NCBI GenBank assembly: GCA_025594325.1
Contig: JANHCV010000006.1
Coordinates: 1,488,001 to 1,552,000 of the forward strand
Direction of reading: 5' to 3'
From: Blastocladiella emersonii ATCC 22665
Taxonomy: Eukaryota > Fungi > Blastocladiomycota
Length of the DNA: 64,000 nt
Part shown: in pieces, positions 9,842-19,490 of the stretch
How the letters are laid out: each line of letters starts with the position of its first letter
Position numbering within the stretch: the first letter of the stretch is position 1
Translations under genes and position numbers: made by a program
The notes under the pieces: generated by a model
The model's database searches: none
What the model saw: only the letters and a program-made list of their open reading frames with translations
Told to the model about the DNA's origin: nothing

Positions 9842-11194
9842 TTAACTCGCGACAGCACCCGTCGCCATCGGGTCAAAGTACGTCTCGCCGCGAGTCGACG
9901 GGTTCGCTTGCTGCCGCACGACGACGCGAACAATTTTTTTGAACTGCACCTCGACGAGCGTGTTCACCGCAGTGACGAAGCCGAGAACCATGCCCTGCAT
10001 CACGGGCGTGAAGATCTGACCGCCGACCGCTAGCGCCGCGATGCTCCAGATGAGGAAGTACACGATCGAGTAGAGCAAGAAGGTCGTTCGAACTGAACCG
10101 AGCAGCAGCGTCCGCGACACGTTGCCGCTATCGCCCGAAAGCTGCCCGTTAGCCGTGGCCGTAGCCGACTTAGTTCGAGCGAGCGGCGATGAAGACGAAA
10201 CGAGCTGGCCGGTGGACGCAAGAGTCACCTCTGCATCAGTCAGCGTGCAATGCAAGGAAGCGGGTTGTGTGATTACTGTCTTAGCCGGCGCCTCGTTCGC
10301 AGACGCTCCAGTAGTTTTGCCGCCGCCGAGTCGAGGCTTGGTCATGCCTGAGAGCATGGTGGCGGAACGAGACAACCCGCTTCGAATCGTCCCGCGCAGC
10401 GACGACGAGAACGACGAAGTGCGCGACCCAATACTGTCGTACCCACGCGGGAAGGCGACGCGGTAGCTGTACGCGGTCATCCCGATCCCGCATGTGGGCA
10501 AGATGGTGTTGACCCAGAAGAGCCACGGCGGAACCCGCCAGTTGATCCAGTCATCGCGCGCGTCATAGTCGGCGTGGGTCAAAAGCGTGATCGTGATGTT
10601 GAGCGCCGCGAGCGCCGTTGCGATGATGACGGCTGACGTCCAAATGACGCGGCGCATGCGAGACTTTCGGAAGCAAATGTCGTTGACGCGCGCGGCCATT
10701 GCAATAAAGCAGAGCGAGCCGGCCCACGAGCTGTGAACGATGAATACCACAAAGTACGGCCAGTTCATATCGACGTACGGAAACCGCGGCTGGATGAAGA
10801 CCTGCCAAACATCGCCGGCGCCGTGGACCGTGCTGAGCAAGGCCGTGGCGAGAAGCGTCGCCCAGCGCGGCTCGGTGCATGCTTCGGCCAAGGTAGACGC
10901 GATAGCCCCGATCCTCTTGATTGTCATGCAGCGGCGCTCTGCGCGACGTCGAAAGGAGAGCACCGGGCCGAAGGTGGACATGCGCCGCCGATCGAGAGTG
11001 GAGTCGACCGTGTGCTCTGGATCTGGCCGTGGGGCAGGCTCCGTTGTGACCGCGGATCGTTTGGTCTCCTGCATAAACGAAGCAAATGCATCGCGAGCGC
11101 AGACGGCGAAGGTCAAGAGACTCGCAGCCAGCGTGGCGATGGTGAGGATCTGGTATGCGATGAGTTCATGATTTGGTAGCAAGTAATAGACCAT
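9842..11194 (-). CDS. 7TM GPCR-like receptor, paralog 2
   Basis: Intronless ORF; likely start MVYYLLPNHE at 11194, which aligns with the paralog 1 start. Seven hydrophobic segments with a long Ser/Thr-rich third intracellular loop. Confidence 0.75.
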   Translation of the reverse strand: MVYYLLPNHELIAYQILTIATLAASLLTFAVCARDAFASFMQETKRSAVTTEPAPRPDPEHTVDSTLDRRRMSTFGPVLSFRRRAERRCMTIKRIGAIASTLAEACTEPRWATLLATALLSTVHGAGDVWQVFIQPRFPYVDMNWPYFVVFIVHSSWAGSLCFIAMAARVNDICFRKSRMRRVIWTSAVIIATALAALNITITLLTHADYDARDDWINWRVPPWLFWVNTILPTCGIGMTAYSYRVAFPRGYDSIGSRTSSFSSSLRGTIRSGLSRSATMLSGMTKPRLGGGKTTGASANEAPAKTVITQPASLHCTLTDAEVTLASTGQLVSSSSPLARTKSATATANGQLSGDSGNVSRTLLLGSVRTTFLLYSIVYFLIWSIAALAVGGQIFTPVMQGMVLGFVTAVNTLVEVQFKKIVRVVVRQQANPSTRGETYFDPMATGAVAS

Positions 11195-11296
11195 GGTTGC
11201 ATTGCATAGACTGTGAAGTATAGAGTGAATCTCCAAAGGTGAGAGTAACACCAGTTGTTGAACTGTAATTTCGCGCTCCCACCAGGCCATCGCGCA

Positions 11297-11334
11297 TGTC
11301 TCGCACCATGTCTCACGCGACGGCTTATCACGTG
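11297..11334. promoter_or_regulatory. Conserved 38-bp promoter box upstream of 7TM paralog 2
   Basis: TGTCTCGCACCATGTCTCACGCGACGGCTTATCACGTG; 32/38 ungapped identity to 13003-13040. Confidence 0.6.
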
Positions 11335-11448
11335 GTCCTGCGCCTCATGGCGTTGTTTTTATGTCCGCACCTGTCAAATAGGAGACTATCTAAGCCTAAC
11401 CAAGCTCCTGGTATGAGTTTAATCATATTTAGTGATTGTCTAGCCCGG

Positions 11449-12825
11449 CTACAACGCCGCGCCGCCTGTTGCGAGCGGATCAAAGAATGTTTCTCCTCGC
11501 GAAGGTGAGCTAGCCTGCTGCCGGACCACGATTCGCACGATCTTCTTGAACTGCGCTTCGACCACGGTGTTGGTCACGGCGATGAAGCTGAGCACCACGC
11601 CCTGCATCACTGGCGTCAGGAAACCGCCGCCGACGGCCATGGCGCCGACGATCCAGATCACAAAGTAGAGGATCGAGTAGAGAAGAAAGGTCGAGCGGAC
11701 CGAGCCGAGGAGCAGCGTCCGCGACACCTGACTGCCGTCTGCCGACAGCGGCGAGCTGCTCGTCAAGTTGGCCGCCGTGGGCTGGGTGAGCGGCGAGGAC
11801 GACGTGGCGAGCTGGCCGGCAGATGGGTGCGCCTTGGAGTCGGCGAGCGAGCGGAGCGGGCCCTCGAGGTCCTTGGTGATGTTCTGCGGGTACGCGGGAC
11901 GCACAGCGCTGGGTCGCGCGAGCGTCTCGGACCCCGCGGCACTCGCCACCTTGCTCTCGGTCCGGCCGCCGAGTCGTGATTTGGTCATGCCCGAGAGCAT
12001 GGTCGCGGAGCGCGACCACCCGCCACGGAGCGTTCCGCGAAGCGATGAGGAGAACGACGGGGCTCTCGATCCGATGCCGCCGCGGGGAAACGCGACGCGG
12101 TAGCTGTACGCCGTCATGCCGATTCCACACGTTGGAAGAATGGCGTTGAGGTAGAAGAGCCATGGCGGAACGCGCCAGTGAATCCAGTCGTCGCGCGCGT
12201 CAAAGTCGGCGTGCGTAAGCAGCGTGATGGTGACGTTGAGCGCCGCGAGCGCGACTGCAAGAACGACCGCGGAAACCCAGATGACCCGGCGCACGCGAAC
12301 CTTGCGGAAGCAGATCTCGGTGACGCGCGAGGCCATAACGATGAAGCATAGGGATCCGGCCCACGCGCTGTGGCTGATGAATATCGCGAAAAAAGTCATG
12401 TTCATGTTGATAAACGGGAAGCGCGGTTGAACAAACGCTTGCCACACATCGGCAACACCGTGGACCATACTGAGAAGGGCCGTGAGGAGGAGCGTTGCCC
12501 ACCGCGGGTCGCTCAACTCCGTGGCCAGCGTAGATGCGACGGCGGCGACGCGCTTGAGGCTGACGCACCGACGAGTGGAACGTGTTCGGTGCGCCAAGAC
12601 CGGACCAAAAGTCGATAGCCTGCGAGCGTCGATGGCGGGGTTGGGTGCATGCTCTTCCGCCTCCGCTGCCGGCCCTGCGAGTGAAGGACGTTTTCCATCT
12701 TGCACAAGCGAGGCGAACGCATCGCGAACACAGACTGCAAGCGTGACGAGACTCGCGACCAGCGAAGCGATGGTGAGAACTTGATATGCAATATTTTCAT
12801 GGCTAGGTAGTGTGTATCCGCCCAT
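11449..12825 (-). CDS. 7TM GPCR-like receptor, paralog 1
   Basis: 458-aa intronless ORF with a very short N-terminus, seven hydrophobic segments and long first and third loops. Shares DARDDWI.WRVPPWLF, LPTCGIGMTAYSYRVAFPRG and VSRTLLLGSVR.TFLLYSI with paralog 2. Confidence 0.75.
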   Translation of the reverse strand: MGGYTLPSHENIAYQVLTIASLVASLVTLAVCVRDAFASLVQDGKRPSLAGPAAEAEEHAPNPAIDARRLSTFGPVLAHRTRSTRRCVSLKRVAAVASTLATELSDPRWATLLLTALLSMVHGVADVWQAFVQPRFPFINMNMTFFAIFISHSAWAGSLCFIVMASRVTEICFRKVRVRRVIWVSAVVLAVALAALNVTITLLTHADFDARDDWIHWRVPPWLFYLNAILPTCGIGMTAYSYRVAFPRGGIGSRAPSFSSSLRGTLRGGWSRSATMLSGMTKSRLGGRTESKVASAAGSETLARPSAVRPAYPQNITKDLEGPLRSLADSKAHPSAGQLATSSSPLTQPTAANLTSSSPLSADGSQVSRTLLLGSVRSTFLLYSILYFVIWIVGAMAVGGGFLTPVMQGVVLSFIAVTNTVVEAQFKKIVRIVVRQQASSPSRGETFFDPLATGGAAL

Positions 12826-13002
12826 GGCGACGATTGCATCAAGTCAGATTTTCATTCGATGCCGTGAGTGTGTGTTCTCGGTCGTCAATTTCAAGTCAAT
12901 GTACGTATGAATCGCGTCCCACGACCATACCATGTGGTGGGAGGCGTTACCGATCTCTCGGACCGGCGCGTTTCGCCGAACTCTCCAGCGCGCGTGGCCG
13001 CG

Positions 13003-13040
13003 TGTCTCGCACCGCGTCTCACGCGTCGAGCTATCACGTG
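13003..13040. promoter_or_regulatory. Conserved 38-bp promoter box upstream of 7TM paralog 1
   Basis: TGTCTCGCACCGCGTCTCACGCGTCGAGCTATCACGTG; partial copies at about 15026-15075 and 19299-19331. Confidence 0.6.
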
Positions 13041-13105
13041 AGTGTCATCTGACCGCGTTGCGCCTCTTCTTCCCTCAGCGCGCGGAGTCACGGCCAGCAC
13101 CAGCG

Positions 13106-14726
13106 TCATCTATTCGCAGACGGAATAATTCCACGACTCGGAGACGCGCTCTTTTCGACGTGCGACTTGATCTGGAAGTATCGGCGGTTCGCCGACTCAA
13201 AGTAGACGGACAGGACGAGGTTGACGAGGATGGTCGACGTCACAATGACAAGCTTTGAGAGCGTCTCGACTATCGAGCCATGGAAGAGGAGCAGCACAAA
13301 CTCGGCCTGCATCACTAGCACAAACGCACCCAACACGGCAACGTGCGCGCGCGGTCGAAGGCGGAGCGTGGCACCGACGCGAGTACCTGGTGGCACGCCG
13401 ACTGCACCAGCAAAAAGCTATTTAACAGGATGCGGATCTCCATGTCCAGAAAGACGACGGCCGAGACAAAGATCATGGAATGCGCCACCGCGAACTTCTC
13501 AAGGGGTGAGACGGTGAGTAGCGAAGGTGGTCGACGGGAAACGGCACGTACGAGGAGAATCGGGATGGGCGCAGACGACGTCCGAACATAATTTTCGTGG
13601 AACTTGGCCTCGATTGAATCGCTCGAGAAGCGGAGGGTGCGGAACGAGACGAGCCGCGTCGACTTGCTGGTAAAGATGCGGGCGGCTGAACCGAGCGCTG
13701 TGCGAACGAGCACGTTGGGCTCTTCGTCAGTCGGACGATCAGAGTGACCCGAAGGTGCAGGATCGGGAGAAGCTGTCGATATTTTGACTGAAACTTGGTC
13801 GACGGGCTGCAGCGCTGCCGTGGTCGGCGGCTGGATCATGGTTCCGAGGCAGTCATCATGAGAACCCCGTTCGAGATAATCTTGCTGATATCGGCTCACA
13901 TCAATAGGCGCTGATGTTGGCGATGGCTTGACGTTGGCCAAGTCGTCTGAGAGCTCAGTAGGCGCACCGTCCTCGGCGGTGAAGAGCGGCACCTGAGCTT
14001 CCTTGTCCGCATCCTTGGAGCGACCCTCAGTAAGTTTGGCCATGCGCTGAAACGACGAGTTGAGGGCTTGCGACGTGGTCACCAGCATGGTCCGGAAGCG
14101 GTTCGAGCTCGAGTTCGACCCGGTGAACGACGTCCGGGCCGTGTGCCACGAGTCCGAGTCGACGTCGCTGCTGCCGCGTGTGCTACGAGAAGCTGGGCCG
14201 GCGGAAGGCTGTTGTTCGGCAAGCTCATGGTACGAAGTGTCGTTCGAGCCCGACAGTTTCTGAGCGATGCGCGTGTGGAGCGGAAGCGGAAGCGTGCTCG
14301 GCGGTGATTTGGCGCCGCCAGCCGGTCTTCGAACGCCGGAAGCACGCGCCGGATCCCCAACCCGCGCCGCCGAAAGGAAGGCGAGTCGAAGATACTGGGC
14401 CGCGTGCCCGTTGACGAGTCGCTCGTGCCAGTCGGGTACCGGGACTCGGGCCGCGATACGAGCGCGGCCGGATTCGAGGGCGCAGGATCGGTGGCCGCGT
14501 CGACTCCTTTCCTCGGAGGCTGCGCGCTCAACGCGAGGAGGTCGCCCGCGCTCACGGACGTGCCTGCGCGGGCCAGAGAATCGTGGCGGCGAAGCGTGGG
14601 CGCCGAGCTATTCATGTTGTCGGCAGCGGACGCGCCGTCGCGCGCCAGAGCATGGGCGGGTTCGGTCTCGGGCGGCAAGGGACCCGACACCGTCGCGTCG
14701 CCGCAATTATTGCATGGGAGTGACAT
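13106..14726 (-). pseudogene. Pseudogenised tandem copy (copy 3) of the tmAC-like membrane protein gene
   Basis: Colinear with copy 2, but with a 1-nt frameshift near 14351, an internal deletion of about 2.3 kb joining intron 1 (donor 13551) to mid-M2 coding sequence, and a 10-nt frameshifting deletion near 13370. Confidence 0.85.
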
Positions 14727-15111
14727 TGCTTTACATATAGCGTTGCATCATGAGCCCGCAAGGTCCGTTGCGGAGGCGGTGATATGGGCGATGAAGCGAG
14801 TAGTCCACGCGCCGGCGACCTCCCGCAATCTCGGGCCCTGGGAGACAGCCGCCTCGCTGACGTCAAGCCCGGCTGGCGCGCAAGACTCGGACCAGATCAA
14901 GTTCCGTCGAACGGCCACCAGAGCAAGTTCCCTCGGCTGTGCGCGCGTCTCCCGGATCCGCTCGCGTGTGCTCGCGCATTCCCGGGGCAGGGAGACGTTT
15001 CTGGACACGCGCCGCGTTATCACGCCGCGTCACGCGTCGAGATATCATGTGACGCTCACCTGACCGCGTTGCGCCATTTCCTCCCTCACATCACGGAGTC
15101 CAGCACCAGTG

Positions 15112-18100
15112 TCATCTATTCACAAGAGGAAGAAGCCCACGACTTGGAGACGCGTTCTTTTCGACGTGCGACTTGACCTGGAAATACCTTCTGTTCGCGG
15201 ACTCAAAGTACACGCTGAGGACGAGACTCACAAGCGTAGTCGACGCGACAATGAGCAGCTTGGCGAGCACTTCGATCGTCTCGCCGTTCAGAAGAAGAAC
15301 CGCGAACGTGAGCTGCATCAGAAGCACAAACCACGCGAGTACCGTCATGTGCGCGCGCGGGCGGAGCCTTAGCGTTGTGAGCCCGAGCACGGTGGCGAGC
15401 ACCTGGTGGCACGCCGACTGAGCCAGGACAAAATTGCTGGTCATGGCGTTGACCTCCATGTCGAGGATCGTGACGCCCGAGACGAAGACCATCGAATGCG
15501 CGACGGCAAATCGCTCGAGGCTCGCGCCCGTGAACCGCGGAGACCGGGACCGCCCAATCGCGAGTTGCATGCTGTAAAAAGCGAGGTGCTGCGCGTACGG
15601 GAACCACCACTTGAGAAGCATCGGGCGGAACGTCTTGAGCCAAGCGAGAACGCCCAGGTGGAGCGGCCGCATCTCGTCGTCCGACGCGCCATAGGCGGCC
15701 TCGTGCGTGTGCGAGATGAACATGAAGCCGCCGATCAGCAGCTGCGTTGCCATGCCCGCGATCGCGGTGATTTGCATGCGCGTCTTCAACTTGGCGTAGT
15801 AGTACGCGAGGTACCGCTGCTCCTCGGCCGGGTCGGGGAACCGGTAGAAGAACTCGCCGCGCAGCCGGTACAGCATGCGGCGGAGCCGGCGGTACCACGA
15901 GCTGCGCTTGGACGCGAGCCCCGACGCCGTCGTGCTGCGCGACAGTCGCCGCTGGAGCTCCCGCCGCCGCTCCTCCGTGTCGCTCGGGTTCATGGAGCTA
16001 GTGGAAGCGCTGCCGTTCTCGCTGCAGTGCAGCGCGTCGTCGAGGCCCATGGGCTCGAGCGTTGGCAGCATCGACGACGTGATGACGACCGAGTCGCGCG
16101 TGTTGCTGAATGCGCGCGCGGGACGGTCCCGACCCGTCGCGACCTGGTGGCTCCATGCGTCGTGCAGCGGGCGGTGCGGCAGAATGATCGAGTCGGACAT
16201 GGTGCGCGGCTGGTGCACGAGGGCCGGCGCGTGCGGACCGAGGGCGCCGAGGCTGCTGATGGTGCTGCTCTCGGCCGACGGGCTCCGCAGCGCCGCGGGC
16301 GAGGCCGACGCGAGCGAGGCCGACACGAGCGAGTCCATGGTCGACGCTGGCCCGACCGGCCCATCGCTCGATCCGGCCGCCGCCTCGGTCGAATGGCCGT
16401 GCTCGAGTGTGCTGGCCACGACGACGAGCTGCGGCGGCGGTGCGTCGAGCAGGTGCGGAGCCGACGCCTGGACCCGCGCCGCGGTATCGAACAGCCGCAC
16501 TCGCTGGCCGTCGATGTTGCCCTCGCGTGCCCACGTCGACAGCGTCGGCGCCGAAAACCGAGTCACGGCGGGCGAGGGCACGTCGGCGACGTGGAGCCGT
16601 TTCGCGTCGCCCATCTCGTGGACGGCCGGCTGCTGCAGCGAGACGAGCGACGCGTGCATGGTCCGCGGGAGCGTCAGGAGGTGCCCGAAGTCGAGCTGCG
16701 AGACGTGCAGCCCGTTGCTCGACCCCGCCGAGTCGCCAACGTTCTTGCGCGGAGCGAGCGGGCGGTGGTTGAGGACCGTGACAATGCCGTCGTCCTCGCC
16801 CGGGAGCTGCGAGAAGTGGACGGGCGAGGTCGGGGTCGCGGGATCGCCCGCCGAGCTGCCCGCCGTCGAGGTAGGGGAACTGGTCGACGCAGGAAACGTG
16901 AGCACGTTGGTCCCCATGGCGAGACTGGTCGCGACCGAGTATGACGCGAGCGCGGGCCGCGACGACATGGGCGAGAGGAGGAACCCGTGAGCCGGGTCGA
17001 CGAGCACCTGGACCGACTTGGCGGGCCCCGCCGCCGCCGCATTCGAGATCTGGTCGGGCGATGAGGGCGACCTGGCCGGCGTCGACCCGGACGGCGACCG
17101 TGCCTGAGCGCTGAACCCGACGTGCGGAAGGACCGCGTGCGTCGCCGCGGCGCGGAGCTGTGCGTGGGTGGCCGCGGCCTGGCGCACGTTGTGGTAGAAG
17201 GTCGCGCGGGACAGCAGCTCGCGCTGGTACAGGCCGACGAGCGACTTGACGGCGTCGTCAGCGAGGTTGAAGACGAGCAGCCAGATCCAGGACGCGGAGC
17301 TCGAGTCCACGAGCGACCCGAAGAGGAGGACCAGCGCCACGACGAGGAAGGCGCCGCGGAGCGCGGTCCGGAACGCGAGCGTCGAGGCCGCGAGCAGGAC
17401 GTACGTAGAGACGCTGATTTCGGTAGCCCAGATGTGGACCAGCGTGTCGACGCTCGCAGCGGTTGGTGAGCTCGAGCACGTTGCCGAGAACGAGTACTTG
17501 CGGCGGAACAGCGGAGTCCCGTCGATGGCATGGCAGTGGCCAGGGCAGACCAGAGCGAGGAGCTCGGCGAGGAAGCAGGATACCGCGATACCGATGAAGG
17601 CAAAGCGGCGCGACCGCGGCCGCTCGAGTCGCTTCGTGAGCGCCAGCCCGATCGTGACCAGCGTGACGACAGAGATCAGGATGTAGAAGAGAGTCGCGGT
17701 CGCCATGCACTCGTGACAGTGGCCGCGGATCGCGCCCGAGCACTCGGCCAGCACGTCGCGGTACTTGATCGCGGTGTACGCGGACATGCCGGCGCGCGAG
17801 GCGATGTGTGGAAACAGGCCAATCTACGAGGCGTACTAGTGAGTTTTCTGACACGATAGTGATGGTGGCGAGCAAGCGGTACCAGCAAGATCATGAGGAT
17901 GGGCGCCGACGAAGTGCGCACGTAGTGCTCGTAGAACTTGGCCTCAATCGAGTCACTCGTGAACCGCAGCGTGCGGAACGAGACGAGGCGCGTCGACCTG
18001 CTGGTGAAGATGCGCGCGGCCGAGCCGAGGGCGGTGCGGACGAGCACGTTGCGCTCGTCGTCGTCGCTGTTGTGATCCGGCCGAGCAGTTGAGGTCGGTG

Positions 18101-19055
18101 GTTCTGGCGGCGCGGTGGGCGCAAGCGGCACCGATTTCGACGGCGGCTCGACTGCCAGCGGTTGCTCGTGCGACGGCGGCTCGGCCATTGTCCCGAGACA
18201 CTCCTCGTCCTCCTCGACGCCCCCGCGCTCGAGGTACTCTTGCTGGTACCGCTCGACGTCAGCGACCGCGGTGTTGGGTGACTCGGCCTTGACGAAATCG
18301 TCCGAGATCTTGGTCGCCGCGCCGTCCGCATTCACAAGCGGCGTCTGCGCCTCCTTGTCCGACTCGCGCGACCGGCCCTCGGCGAGCTCGGCGACCTTCT
18401 GCAGCGACGACGTGAGGAGCTGGGACGTGGTGGCGAGCATCGTGCGGAACCTGCTCGCCGTCGACCCGGTCTGCGACGTGCGCGCCGTGTGCCACGAGTC
18501 GGACTGCGCGGCGCTGCTGTCGCGCGTGCTGCGCGACCCGGGACTCGCTGACGCCGACGACGATGACGCGAGCGGGTCCGCGAGCTCGTGGTACGACGAC
18601 TCCGCCGAGCCAGTCAGCGTCTGCACCAGCCGCGTGTGCATCGGCAGCGTGCTCTGCGGCGACCTCGCGCCCGGCGTTCGCGGAGTGCGTGTCGCGCGGG
18701 CAGGCGTGCCGAAGCCGCGGCGCCGGAAAGACGGCGAGTCGAAGACGCTCGGCCGTGTGCCGGTCGACACGTCGCTGGTGCCGGTCGGGTACCGCGGCCC
18801 GGTCGTGGTTGGGGTGGTGGATGATGGCGGGCTCGTGGCCCCGTCGGCTCGCTCGGGCGGCGGCGACGCGATGTCGCCCGTGCTCACGGACGCCCCGGCG
18901 CGGGTCAGCGATGCATGGTGCGGGCTGGGATCCGCGCGGCGCAGCATGGGCGCCGAGCTGTTCATCATGTTGTTGTTGTTGGTAGGCGTGACGGGGGCCG
19001 ATGGTGCGGCGGCGGATGGCCCCGCGGCCTCATTGCGTGAAGTTGCGAGCGGCAT
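15112..19055 (-). CDS. Intact approx. 1294-aa protein (copy 2) with two ~6TM blocks resembling M1 and M2 of transmembrane adenylyl cyclases and no cyclase domain
   Basis: Exon 1 19055..17883, 59-nt GT-AG intron 17882..17824, exon 2 17823..15112 in frame. Motifs RFTSDSIEAKFYEHY ... ELLSRATF (M1) and RFPDPAEEQRYLAYY ... ESANRRYF (M2). Confidence 0.8.
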
Positions 19056-19490
19056 CGTGGTATTACATGGCGGGTTTCGTGGTGTCGGCGAGGAGATATC
19101 TCTGCCGAAGCAAGGGCGTGATCGCGGCGGTTGCCGTAAACTAGGGCGCCGGGAGACGGGACCACGCCAGGCATCCTCGCGCTGTCCGGGATGCTCGGGT
19201 GCTAGATCAAGTTTTGTTTGCCGTGTATCGGTCAGGTGCGCCCGCGCGATTGCCGGGAAGTGGTGTCTCCCGCGTTGGCGTGTGGGGACGTTTTCGTGGG
19301 AGACGCGTCGGCCACGCGCCGCGATATCACGTTTTGTCTCCCCCCGTTGTTTCATCCCCTGGACGCGATCCAGAGCGGACGCGGTCCAGAGCGCACGATC
19401 GAGACCCGGTACACAACAGCAAGGCTAAGCTAGGCAAACTATACAATCATGTTATAAACGTAGAGGGTGGTGTACGCGGAGGCAATGCAA

